DNA of 64,000 bases from Dehalococcoidia bacterium (GTDB taxonomy: Bacteria > Chloroflexota > Dehalococcoidia > Lucifugimonadales > CAJWER01), in NCBI GenBank assembly GCA_034420735.1, contig DAOULA010000001.1, forward strand, positions 36,743-100,742. The letters run 5' to 3'. A program made the position numbers and the translations under genes. Shown one piece after another: positions 35,471 through 44,699 of this stretch (positions within the stretch are counted from its first letter, which is position 1; every line of letters starts with the position of its first letter). The notes under the pieces were generated by a model. It was given only the letters and a program-made list of their open reading frames with translations. It was not told the DNA's origin and searched no databases.

Positions 35471-36610
35471 ATGGCAGACACGAACATATACGACAGACTT
35501 GGCGTGCAGCGGCTGATCAACGGCCACCACTGGCGTACGGCACTCGGCGGCAGCGTCATGCCGCCGGAGGTCGTGGACGCGATGGCGGAGTCGGCTGGGT
35601 ATTTCGTCGACCTCGAGGGGCTGCACAGGAGCGCAGGCAAGTACATCGCGGAGCTCACGGGCGCGGACGCAGGACTCGTCACGGCGGGCTGCTCGGCGGC
35701 GCAGGTGCTGCAGGCAGCCGCGTGCATGACGGGCACTGACGAGGAGAAGATCGCCCGCCTGCCCGACTCGTCCGGCATGAAGAACAAGGTCCTCATCCAA
35801 AAGTCCCAGCGCAACCACTACGACACGTCGTACCAGATCGCGGGGGCTACCCTGGTGGAGATAGGAGACGAACAGGGAGCGTCGCGGGCCGAGCTGGAGG
35901 CCGCAATCGACGACGACACGGCAGCGGTCGCGTACGTGTGGGTGATGCGGTTCTACGCCCTTCCGCTGGAGGACGTGATCGAGATCGCCCATGCCCGGGA
36001 CGTACCGGTCGTACTGGACGCCGCTTCGGAGCTGCCGCCGGTCGAGAATCTCTCCCGGTTCATCAAGATGGGCGTCGACCTGGTGGCATTCAGCGGCGGC
36101 AAGGGCATCCGCGGTCCCCAGTCCACAGGCATGCTTGTAGGCCGGGGCGACTTGATGCAGGCGGCCTGGGAGAATTCCTTCTTCTTTGGCAAGGACAAGG
36201 CGGGGATAGGCCGGCCCATGAAGGTTGCCAAGGAGGAGATCATCGGCCTCGTGAGGGCGCTGGAGCTATTCGTCGAGGCCGACCACGAGTCGGAGTGGGT
36301 GGACTGGCGCGCGAAGGCTGCGACGATCGCTGCGGCGGCCGACGCTCTCGACGGCGTGAAGGCGTGGGTGCATGAGGGCCCGATATACGAGGGGCCGACC
36401 GCTCCCACGGCCACCATCGAGCTGGGCGAGTCCTGGGAGGGCCCCACGGTCGAGAAGATCGAAGAGTCGCTGCGGACCGGCGAGCCGTCGATCCACATTG
36501 GTGTAATACCGGACCAGCGGAGGCTGTGGGTCGCGCCGGTGGCCTTCCAGGGGGACGAGGCGGGCGTCGTAGCACGCCGCATGGTCGAAGAGTTGACCAA
36601 GTCTCCGTAG
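35471..36610 (+). CDS. SelA-like / DgaE-like PLP-dependent enzyme
   Basis: Start at ATG 35471 (MADTNIYDRLGV). The FSGGKGIRGPQSTG lysine motif resembles SelA-family FSGDKLLGGPQ. No selB, selD or tRNA-Sec is nearby. Confidence 0.65.
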   Translation: MADTNIYDRLGVQRLINGHHWRTALGGSVMPPEVVDAMAESAGYFVDLEGLHRSAGKYIAELTGADAGLVTAGCSAAQVLQAAACMTGTDEEKIARLPDSSGMKNKVLIQKSQRNHYDTSYQIAGATLVEIGDEQGASRAELEAAIDDDTAAVAYVWVMRFYALPLEDVIEIAHARDVPVVLDAASELPPVENLSRFIKMGVDLVAFSGGKGIRGPQSTGMLVGRGDLMQAAWENSFFFGKDKAGIGRPMKVAKEEIIGLVRALELFVEADHESEWVDWRAKAATIAAAADALDGVKAWVHEGPIYEGPTAPTATIELGESWEGPTVEKIEESLRTGEPSIHIGVIPDQRRLWVAPVAFQGDEAGVVARRMVEELTKSP

Positions 36611-36636
36611 CTTGGGCCAAAAGGGAGAAAACAAAC

Positions 36637-37542
36637 ATGAGCGACACGACGCTGCCGACGGCCGTACTTGGGCGCACTGGGCTGGAGGTCACCAAGCTGG
36701 GCTTCGGTACGGCCCTGAGCAGGAAGATGCCCGACTCCGAGTGGGATCAGCTCCTGGGCGCCGTGCTGGACTCAGGGATCAACTTCATCGACACCGCGAA
36801 CGACTACGGCGTGAGATGGGGTGTGCCGGCCGAGGAGCAGATAGGCAAGCACATCGCGGGCAGGCGGTCGGAGTACTACCTGGCCACGAAGTGCGGGTGC
36901 GGACCGGACGGCGGGGACCACGTATGGTCTCGCGAGAACGCGATGCGTGGCCTGGAGGAGAGCCTGGGCCGCATGAAGACCGACTACGTGGACATCATGC
37001 AGTACCACAACCCCACCGTCGAGGAGGCTGAGGACGGCGACCTGATCGTCGCGCTCAAGGACATGCAAGCCCAGGGGAAGGTCCGCTGGCTCGGCATCTC
37101 GACGACCCTGCCCCACCTGCCCTACTACCTGGACACGGGTGTGTTCGACACCTTCCAGATACCCTACTCCGCCCTGGAGCGTGAGCACGAGGACTGGGTG
37201 GCCAGGTCGGCGGAGGCGGGCATCGGGATCATCATTCGCGGCGGCGTTGCCCAGGGCGAGCCCTCGGGCGAGGTCAACGAGCGGCGGTCCAGGAAGTGGG
37301 GCATGTTCGAGGACGCGGGTCTCGACGAGCTGCGAGAGGAGGGCGAGAGCCGTACGACGCTGATCCTGCGGTACACGCTTACGCACCCCAACGCCGACAC
37401 GAACATCGTCGGAACGAGCCGCATCCCGCACCTGGAGGAGAATCTCGCGGGCATCATGAGCGGCCCCCTGTCGGCAGACACCTACGCCGAGATCAAGCGC
37501 CGTCTGGACTCGGTGGGCGAGTCGCCCGCGAGCGCAGGCTAG
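36637..37542 (+). CDS. Aldo/keto reductase
   Basis: Start at ATG 36637 (MSDTTLPTAVLGRTGLEVTKLGFG). INFIDTANDYG, YYLATKCG, VRWLGIST, GTSRIPHLEENL. Confidence 0.9.
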   Translation: MSDTTLPTAVLGRTGLEVTKLGFGTALSRKMPDSEWDQLLGAVLDSGINFIDTANDYGVRWGVPAEEQIGKHIAGRRSEYYLATKCGCGPDGGDHVWSRENAMRGLEESLGRMKTDYVDIMQYHNPTVEEAEDGDLIVALKDMQAQGKVRWLGISTTLPHLPYYLDTGVFDTFQIPYSALEREHEDWVARSAEAGIGIIIRGGVAQGEPSGEVNERRSRKWGMFEDAGLDELREEGESRTTLILRYTLTHPNADTNIVGTSRIPHLEENLAGIMSGPLSADTYAEIKRRLDSVGESPASAG

Positions 37543-37619
37543 ATTTGAGGATGCGGTATAATGCTGTGAGTACGATTGAGTGAGGCAGCTCCCGCGTCGG
37601 GCCGACGGAGGGATTCACC

Positions 37620-38373
37620 ATGACCACGACGCTCCAATACCACCTCCAACCCACCGCCATCGAAGACCTCATCGACTTCAACCCGGACGAACCGGGACCG
37701 CTGCCCGACGCCATGCAGCAAGACCAGCCGCTTCAAGAGCTCCTTTCACATACTCGAAGCCCGTTTCACCGACTTCGGACGCATCCCGGACGTATTCCTA
37801 AGCAGCAACACCTTCATCTGCTACGACCCCTCCAACCTCAATGTCAGGGTGTCGCCAGACTGCTACCTGGCCTTCGGAGTCGATGCATGGGCTATCCGTC
37901 GGCGCCGGATATACCTTCCCTGGGAGGTGGGCAAGCCCCCGGACCTCGCGATCGAGGTCGCCTCCGAGAGCACCGGATGGCAGGACGTCGTCGAGAAGCG
38001 GGCCATCTATGCCAAGATCGGCATCGGCGAGTACTGGCGGTTCGACCCCACCGGCGGGGAGTACCACGATCGCCCGCTGGCAGGCGACCGGCTGGTGGAT
38101 GGCGAGTACAGGCCCGTAGAGCTGACCGAGGAGCCGGATGGTCTGCTCAAGGGATACAGCCCGACGCTCGATCTGAGCCTGTGCTGGAACGACGGACGCC
38201 TCACTTTCTACGAGCCCAGCAGCGGGGCCTACCTCAGCAATCTGGGGGAAAGCCAAGCTGCCCTCGAAGCAGCTCAGACCGCCCTCGAAACAACGCAGAC
38301 TGCCCTTGAAGAGTCGCAGGCGAGGGTAAAGCGGCTTGAGGAGCAGCTACGCCGGACGCAGCAGAAGCAGTAG
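37620..38373 (+). pseudogene. Uma2-family (DUF820) endonuclease, interrupted by a 1-nt frameshift near 37749
   Basis: The frame from ATG 37620 (GGAGGG RBS) gives MTTTLQYHLQPTAIEDLIDFNPDEPGPLPDAMQQDQPLQELLS. The +1 frame then continues ILEARFTDFGRIPDVFLSSNTFICYDPSNLNVRVSPDCYLAFGVD...PDLAIEVASEST...GIGEYWRFDP, the Uma2 core. Skipping C37749 joins them. Confidence 0.7.
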
Positions 38374-38374
38374 C

Positions 38375-39280
38375 TCAACCCTCACGCACTCCCGCTCGCG
38401 CCGCCTGGCGATCCAGGCCGCGGACCAGGATCCCCCCTACGACGAACACGAGGCCCACGATGGTGGAGGCGAGTATCTGTTCGCCCACCACCAGGCTGAT
38501 GAATATCAGCGATATGAACGGCACCAGGTAGATGAGGTGGCTGACGTGCGCCGTTGTCTTCGCCAGTGACAGCGCCTTCGCCCACGTGACGAAGGTCACG
38601 CCCATCTCGAACACGCCCACGTAGGCCGCGCCAAGCAGCCCCTCGTTGGTCTCGACACGGAAGTCCGAAAACAGGGCTGTCGCGATAGCCACGAATACTA
38701 ACCCGGCTGCGAAGCTGGCGGAGAGCTTGGCCACCTCGTCCCTCTTGTCCCTCACGTTGGCTATCCAGAAGGTCGCCCACAGGATTGCGCTGCCGGTGGC
38801 GAGCAGCGTGCCCCTTGGGCTGCTGAACTGGAAGGCGAGGATGTCGCCGTGGGTGGAGATGACCAGCACCCCCGTGAAGCTCACCCCTACCGCGGCGATG
38901 CTGATCCAGCCTATCTTCTGCTTCAGCAGCGGCACCGACAGCAGCACGACGACCAGCGGCCAGATCATGTTCAGCGGCTGCGCTTCCTGGGCGGGCAGCA
39001 GCGAGTAGGCCTGGAACAGGACGATGTAGTAGACGCACGGGTTGATGAAGCCGAGCCCTACCGACCACGCCCACTGTTTCGCCGTGAAGGTCCGGAGCAG
39101 GCCGAGCTTGCCCTGGACGGCGAGGATCGCGAAGAGCACCACGACCGACACTGCGGTGGCGTAGAAGAGCATCTGGTACGGGTCGAGATGCTCCAGTGTG
39201 AGCTTGAACGCCGAGGCGACCGTCGACCAGAACAGGATCGTGGCCGCCGCGTAGACGTAGGCCTGCCTGTGTCGCGTCAT
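38375..39280 (-). CDS. DMT superfamily (EamA-like) transporter
   Basis: 301 aa, about 10 TM helices. Duplicated EamA halves (ATILFWSTVASAFK..., GSAILWATFW...). Confidence 0.85.
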   Translation of the reverse strand: MTRHRQAYVYAAATILFWSTVASAFKLTLEHLDPYQMLFYATAVSVVVLFAILAVQGKLGLLRTFTAKQWAWSVGLGFINPCVYYIVLFQAYSLLPAQEAQPLNMIWPLVVVLLSVPLLKQKIGWISIAAVGVSFTGVLVISTHGDILAFQFSSPRGTLLATGSAILWATFWIANVRDKRDEVAKLSASFAAGLVFVAIATALFSDFRVETNEGLLGAAYVGVFEMGVTFVTWAKALSLAKTTAHVSHLIYLVPFISLIFISLVVGEQILASTIVGLVFVVGGILVRGLDRQAARAGVREG

Positions 39281-39307
39281 TTCAGGGCCCGGGCGGTCGC
39301 GCGCCGT

Positions 39308-40441
39308 CTAGCCGCCGGGTATGTAAAGGGAGCGGTCCTCGACCGGCAGCGAGACCCGGCAGCCGCCCTGCAGGTGCGAGTAGGCGATTCCGAACTCCGG
39401 CTCGACGCTCTGCATGGTCACGTCGATGTTGCCGCGAGTCCTCTCGCCCGTCTCGATCTCGTTGATTATGTCGCGGATTGTGCAGACGGTCGGGCTGTCC
39501 CCTTCGGGGTGGAATTCGGTCTCCTCCACGGGCGAGCCCCTGCGGCCCCGGACGGGCTTGCCGCCTCCACGGCGCACTCGCCACACCCCCTGCTGCTCCC
39601 AACCCCAGGCGCGCCCCTCGGTGCCGTGGACGTCCAGCTCCCAGCGCCCGGTGATAGGCACGAATATGCCCTCCGCGCCGCTGTCGTAGCCCACCCGGTA
39701 GAAGCCGACTATCGGGTCGGCTATCTCCTCACCTTCGGGAGGCACGAAGCGGTGCCCCTCGGCATCGTAGTCAGGGAACGCCCGAGGGCGTTCCTTCGAA
39801 GCGCCGCCGTCGAGCGGGTCGCCCTTCTGCACCAGCGTGCCCTCCACCCAGACGGGCTGCGGATCACCAAGGAGCATGGACACGGTGTCAAGGGTGTGGG
39901 GATGGTGCTTGATGATGTCCGTCAGGGTGTACATGATCGCGTACTGCGGCTCGCCAATGTCGCCGCGGGCGATGGCCTCTGCGACCTGGATCCAGGCGCT
40001 GTGCTGCCGGCGGGACGCGCCCCAGTTGAAGGCGACGTTGTTGCCCTTGACCGCAGACCTGATCCGGTCGGCCTCCTCGAGAGAGGCGCACAGTCCCTTC
40101 TCTGCGTAGATGCCCTTCACCCCGTTCTCGGCCGCGAAGATTATCGGCTCCGCCCGCCTCACCGAGGGGGTGGTGATGCTGACGATATCCGGCTTCTCCT
40201 TCTCGATCATCTCGCGGTAGTCGAGGTAGCCGTTGTCGAAGTCGAAGCGTTTGCAGAAGCGGTCGAGACGCTCCTTGCCCCTGTTGGCGACGGCGACGAC
40301 CTCGGTCTCCTCGATTGCCTGGTAGGAGCTGAAGTGCCCGTAAGGCTTGGAATACTGGTTCGTAAACGGGTTCTCGTCCTCCATGAGGCCGCCCATGCGA
40401 CCTGTGCCGATGATCGCGACCCGATACTTGGCGTTCGACAT
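39308..40441 (-). CDS. Gfo/Idh/MocA family oxidoreductase
   Basis: 377 aa: MSNAKYRVAIIGTGRMGG Rossmann motif, and YAEKGL (EKP-like). Confidence 0.85.
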   Translation of the reverse strand: MSNAKYRVAIIGTGRMGGLMEDENPFTNQYSKPYGHFSSYQAIEETEVVAVANRGKERLDRFCKRFDFDNGYLDYREMIEKEKPDIVSITTPSVRRAEPIIFAAENGVKGIYAEKGLCASLEEADRIRSAVKGNNVAFNWGASRRQHSAWIQVAEAIARGDIGEPQYAIMYTLTDIIKHHPHTLDTVSMLLGDPQPVWVEGTLVQKGDPLDGGASKERPRAFPDYDAEGHRFVPPEGEEIADPIVGFYRVGYDSGAEGIFVPITGRWELDVHGTEGRAWGWEQQGVWRVRRGGGKPVRGRRGSPVEETEFHPEGDSPTVCTIRDIINEIETGERTRGNIDVTMQSVEPEFGIAYSHLQGGCRVSLPVEDRSLYIPGG

Positions 40442-40530
40442 AGATGTTCCTCCACTAGCCAGTGACGCTGATGGTGTGTAGGATAATCGCTGATCCCGAC
40501 TTCTTCAATGAGCGAGGGTTGGCTGCAAAC

Positions 40531-41586
40531 ATGCCTACGAGAGACGCTCTCAGGGTTGCGCTTGCTGGAGTGCACCGGCAGGTCGACAGCACGCCCGGAG
40601 GCCACAACTGGGCTTCGGCCTTTGCCGAGGTGCCTGAGACGGCCGTTGTCGCCGTTTCCGATGGAGACGCGGCGACACGGCAGCAGTTCCAGGAGACCTG
40701 GCGCGGCGTCTGGGGCGACGTCGACGGCTACGCCGATTACGGCGAGATGCTCGATAAGGTCAAGCCCGACATCGTCTGCATCGCCACACGGCAGACCTAC
40801 CACGCCGACCAGATCGAGGCTGCTATTGCCGCGGGTGTGAGAGGAGTCGTCTGCGAAAAGCCCCTGTGCACCACGCTGGAGGAGATGGACAGGATCGTGG
40901 CGGCTGTGAGGACGAGCGGCGTCCCCTTCGCCTTCGGGCTGGAGCTGCGCTGGTCGGAGTCGTACAACGAGATTTTTCGTATGCTTCGGGACGGCGTCGT
41001 AGGTGACGTGACGTCGGTGGTGTCGCACGGGGTTACCGAGCTGATCAACCACGGCTGCCATTTCTTCGACGTGGCCCTGGGCATGGCGGGCGACGCCGAG
41101 CCCGTGTCGGCGTCAGGCCTGATCGACGACCCCAGCAAGTGGGACGACTGGCGGCGCGGCGATCCCCACGGCCGGGGCTGGGTGTCGCTGGACAACGGCG
41201 TCAACCTTGGCATCATGTCCGAGGGCGGACGAAGGTCGTACACGATTACGGGCACCGCCGGGCGCATGGTAGTGATGCAGGAGGGCGAGCGCGCGTATCT
41301 GTGGGGCACGGACGACGACTCCGGCGAGTTCGTGGACGCGCCCGTGGAGCTCGACGTGCCGCGCCCCGATCACCCGTGGCACAGGGGCCCCGCAGTAATT
41401 CGCGACCTCGCGGACAAGGTGAGCAACGGTGGCAGGACCGCGTGCGACGTTGAGGAGACCCGCCGGGCCACCGAAATCGGTTTTGCAATTCATGCGTCGG
41501 CGGCGCTCGGAGGGGCGGAAGTATCCTTCCCTGTCAAGAACCGAACCATCAGGGTGGACTCGCGGCCATGGGGCAACGATGACTAG
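40531..41586 (+). CDS. Gfo/Idh/MocA family oxidoreductase
   Basis: Start at ATG 40531 (MPTRDALRVALAGV...). VVCEKPLCTTLEEMD motif. Divergent from 39308..40441. Confidence 0.8.
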   Translation: MPTRDALRVALAGVHRQVDSTPGGHNWASAFAEVPETAVVAVSDGDAATRQQFQETWRGVWGDVDGYADYGEMLDKVKPDIVCIATRQTYHADQIEAAIAAGVRGVVCEKPLCTTLEEMDRIVAAVRTSGVPFAFGLELRWSESYNEIFRMLRDGVVGDVTSVVSHGVTELINHGCHFFDVALGMAGDAEPVSASGLIDDPSKWDDWRRGDPHGRGWVSLDNGVNLGIMSEGGRRSYTITGTAGRMVVMQEGERAYLWGTDDDSGEFVDAPVELDVPRPDHPWHRGPAVIRDLADKVSNGGRTACDVEETRRATEIGFAIHASAALGGAEVSFPVKNRTIRVDSRPWGNDD

Positions 41587-41667
41587 GGACATCGGGGTCT
41601 GAGGGCGCTATAATCGGGCTGATAGGATTCTCAGCAAACCGGAAGAATCACCGCAGGAGGGCATACG

Positions 41668-43101
41668 ATGGCTGACAAAGACCTGGAAATGATGGCGCAC
41701 CTTCTTCGACGGGCGGGATTCGGAGCGACGCGGGCCGAGCTCGAAAAGTACATGTCGATGGGCTACGAGGCGACGGTCGAAGAGCTGCTCGAGCCCACCG
41801 AGCGCCGCACCATGCCCCAGGACCTGATCAACAGGTACCACGTGGACTTGCACGAGTCGCGGTACGGCCCCAGCGCGGCGGCCAACTGGATCTACCGGAT
41901 GATCTCGACGACCGCGCCCCTGGAGGAGAAGATCGCCCTCTTTTGGCACGGCATATTCGCCACCGGCTACACGAAGACCAACCAGGCCCGCGCGCTGCTG
42001 AACCAGATCGACATGTTCCGCAGGCTGGGGTCGGGCAAGTTCGATACGCTGCTGCTCGAGATGTCCAGGGACCCCTCCATGATCATATGGCTGGACAACC
42101 AGGACAACCACAACGGCGCCATCAACGAGAACTTCGGACGGGAGCTCCTCGAGCTCTTCTCGATGGGTGTGGGCAACTACACTGAGGACGACATCAAGGA
42201 GGCGTCCCGGGCCTTCACCGGGTGGACCCTCGGCAACGCGGAGTACATGGCCATGCGGGCCTCGAAGGACTCCATATGGCCCTATGGCAGGATCGCCTGG
42301 CACTTCGGGTATCGGGAAGATGACCACGACGAGGGGACCAAGTCCTTCCTGGCTGAGGAGGGCAATCTCAACGGCGAGGACATCGTCGACGCCATCTGCC
42401 GCAACCCCGCGACCGCGGACTTTGTGGCGCGTCACCTGTACGACTTCTTCGTGGCCGACGAGCCCCCCGTGCCCCAGTGGCCCTACACTCCCCCGCGAGA
42501 CCCGGCAGCCATCAAGGTGCTGACCGACGCCTACTTCGAGAGCGGCCACGAGATCAACGCCATGCTGCGGGCCATGTTCAACTCGGACTTTTTCAAGGCC
42601 GAGGACGTGCGGTACGCCCGGGTCAAGGGCCCGGCCGAGCTGGTCATCGGCGCTGTAAGGATGAGCGGCGACTTCCAGGAGCCCAGCAGGGACATCGTGC
42701 AGGTCGGCCAGCTCTCCGAGTTCATGGGGCAGAGCCTGCTCGCGCCCCCGACCGTCGAGGGCTGGCACGAGGGAGTCGAGTGGATCAACAGCGGGACCCT
42801 CGTGGAGCGCGTCAACTTCGTCTCCAACCAGCTTGGCGACGTGAGCAAGCCCGGCATCAGGGACGTGATTTCGAGGCTTTCGGAGATGGACGGCGGCCAC
42901 TTCGAGCCCGAGGAGTTGGTGGACAGCTGCCTCGATCTCATCGGTCCGCTGGACGTTTCGGACAAGACTCGCGAGGCCCTGGTGGCCCATGTTTCACGCG
43001 ACGGCGACCTGTCGCTTCGCGATGAAAGCGACGAGTCCGAGGCCCGCGTGGGCGGCCTCCTGAGCGTCATAGCCGCCACCCGGGAATTCCAGCTCAACTA
43101 G
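41668..43101 (+). CDS. DUF1800 domain protein
   Basis: 477 aa: HLLRRAGFGATRAELE..., LFWHGIFAT, GRELLELFSMGVGNYTEDDIKEASRAFTGW. These are DUF1800 hallmarks. Confidence 0.85.
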   Translation: MADKDLEMMAHLLRRAGFGATRAELEKYMSMGYEATVEELLEPTERRTMPQDLINRYHVDLHESRYGPSAAANWIYRMISTTAPLEEKIALFWHGIFATGYTKTNQARALLNQIDMFRRLGSGKFDTLLLEMSRDPSMIIWLDNQDNHNGAINENFGRELLELFSMGVGNYTEDDIKEASRAFTGWTLGNAEYMAMRASKDSIWPYGRIAWHFGYREDDHDEGTKSFLAEEGNLNGEDIVDAICRNPATADFVARHLYDFFVADEPPVPQWPYTPPRDPAAIKVLTDAYFESGHEINAMLRAMFNSDFFKAEDVRYARVKGPAELVIGAVRMSGDFQEPSRDIVQVGQLSEFMGQSLLAPPTVEGWHEGVEWINSGTLVERVNFVSNQLGDVSKPGIRDVISRLSEMDGGHFEPEELVDSCLDLIGPLDVSDKTREALVAHVSRDGDLSLRDESDESEARVGGLLSVIAATREFQLN

Positions 43102-43215
43102 CGATTCAGCCTGTCTCCTCCCTATACCGAGGAGGAGGCGGGGACAGAGCGCGGCGCCGCGACGGCTCGGCAGTACACCGGAAGCCGACGGGCGCCTTGT
43201 ACGTGGAGGCTATTT

Positions 43216-44229
43216 ATGACCACAGGAACTGCCGCCATAGAACTGGGCTACGTCAAGACCGTCGGGATGACGAGCAACTCGCCGACTGGCCGAGGGTTCG
43301 CCAACCCGATCGACCTCGCGTTCACGCAAGATGGGCGCATACTCGTGGCGAACCGGGGCGAGTACGTCTTTTCCCGCGTCACCATATGCGACCTGGACGA
43401 CGAGTACTTCGGCGAGATCGGCTCCGACGGCGAGGGGGACGGCCAGTTCAGGATGCCCAGCGCAATTGCCATCGACAGCAAGGGCAACGTCTACACCGCC
43501 GACGAGTACCTCCACAGGGTAACCGTGTTCGATTCCTCGGGAGCCTTCACAGCCAAGTGGGGCGAGCACGGGTCCGGGCCCGGCCAGATCGACGGTCCGT
43601 CAGGATTGGCGATCGACTCCGATGACAACGTGTACGTCGTCGACCAGCGCAACGACCGCATCCAGAAGTTCACGTCCGAAGGCTCCCCAATCACGGCATG
43701 GGGAGAGTCCGGCAGCGGTCCGGGGCAGTTCGACCGGCCATGGGGCATGTGCCTCGACTCATGCGGCAACATCTACGTGGCCGACTGGCGCAACGACCGC
43801 ATCCAGAAGCTGTCGCCCGACGGCGAGCCGGTAATGCAGTTCGGGGACCCGGGCGAGGACCCCGGGCAGCTGCAGCGGCCGTCCGCCGTGGCAGTCGCGG
43901 ACGACGGCTATATCGCGGTCGCCGACTGGGGCAACGAGCGCGTCCAGGTCTTCGACGAGGACGGCGGCTTCGTGAAGCTGCTACAGGGCGAGGCTACACT
44001 CTCGAAGTGGGCGGAGGACTTCCTGGCCGCGAATCCAGACGAGGCGAGCACGCGGGCGATGTCGGACCTCACGCCCGATCTCCCCGACCACCTGCAGTCC
44101 AACTACCACGTAGCTTCACAGACCGAGCCCTACTTCTGGGGACCCACCTCGGTTAACTTCGATTCAGAAGGCCGTCTCTACGTCACGGAGTCAGCCCGAC
44201 ACCGCTTCCAAGTATACGAGCGAGCCTAG
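43216..44229 (+). CDS. NHL-repeat six-bladed beta-propeller protein
   Basis: 337 aa, GGAGG RBS. Repeated G-x-G-x-G-Q-F / VYVVDQRNDRIQKF / IYVADWRNDRIQKL / VADWGNERVQVF blades. Confidence 0.85.
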   Translation: MTTGTAAIELGYVKTVGMTSNSPTGRGFANPIDLAFTQDGRILVANRGEYVFSRVTICDLDDEYFGEIGSDGEGDGQFRMPSAIAIDSKGNVYTADEYLHRVTVFDSSGAFTAKWGEHGSGPGQIDGPSGLAIDSDDNVYVVDQRNDRIQKFTSEGSPITAWGESGSGPGQFDRPWGMCLDSCGNIYVADWRNDRIQKLSPDGEPVMQFGDPGEDPGQLQRPSAVAVADDGYIAVADWGNERVQVFDEDGGFVKLLQGEATLSKWAEDFLAANPDEASTRAMSDLTPDLPDHLQSNYHVASQTEPYFWGPTSVNFDSEGRLYVTESARHRFQVYERA

Positions 44230-44238
44230 CAGAATTGT

Positions 44239-44257
44239 GAATGGTGAATTGAGAATG
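44239..44257. repeat. Left arm of the 19-bp perfect inverted repeat flanking the four-helix-bundle gene
   Basis: GAATGGTGAATTGAGAATG. Its reverse complement CATTCTCAATTCACCATTC occurs at 44678-44696. Both arms sit in short GAATGGTGAA-type direct-repeat tracts. Confidence 0.85.
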
Positions 44258-44282
44258 GTGAAGCGGAACGGGATCCTGCGCC

Positions 44283-44645
44283 TCAGGCGCTGTTTTCCCT
44301 AGTGTTTTTGATGATGGTGGTGAGAATAGCTACTAGCTGGTTGGACTCGTCGATCAGGCCGCCCAACCGCTGTTGATCCACGACATCGGTTGCTGCTAGC
44401 AGCCTCAACCAGTAGTTCGTCTCCCGTGCCTCCTTGCAAGCGATGGAGAGCTTGTTGACAAAGTCAGCTTTGCTCTGGGAGGCCTGTCCTTCTTCGACGT
44501 TTGCCCCAATGGAAGTGCCGGACCGCAGCAATTGACGAGCTAGGGTCCGGTTCACTCCAGGCGTCTGCTCCAGGTACTGACAGAGCTTGACCGACCTCTC
44601 GGCGAATGCAAACGTCCTCTCGACCAAGTCCCGCTTCGCCGTCAC
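44283..44645 (-). CDS. Four-helix-bundle protein (23S rRNA intervening-sequence protein family)
   Basis: 120 aa: QLLRSGTSIGANVEEGQASQSKADFVNKLSIACKEARETNYWLRLL, diagnostic of this family. Confidence 0.85.
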   Translation of the reverse strand: MTAKRDLVERTFAFAERSVKLCQYLEQTPGVNRTLARQLLRSGTSIGANVEEGQASQSKADFVNKLSIACKEARETNYWLRLLAATDVVDQQRLGGLIDESNQLVAILTTIIKNTRENSA

Positions 44646-44677
44646 ATCATCTGTCCCACTCTTGATTCACCATTCAA

Positions 44678-44696
44678 CATTCTCAATTCACCATTC
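44678..44696. repeat. Right arm of the 19-bp perfect inverted repeat
   Basis: CATTCTCAATTCACCATTC, the exact reverse complement of 44239-44257. Confidence 0.85.
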
Positions 44697-44699
44697 CCC

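Noticed and set aside
35471-36610. Selenocysteine synthase (selA) and hence a selenoprotein system
   Set aside because: Only the PLP-lysine region resembles SelA. No selB, selD, tRNA-Sec or in-frame TGA candidates were seen, so a DgaE-like lyase or aminotransferase role is more likely.
38849-40465. 538-aa ORF antisense to the EamA and Gfo/Idh/MocA genes
   Set aside because: Same reasoning. The sense-strand genes have TM-helix periodicity and a Rossmann motif, and this ORF has none.
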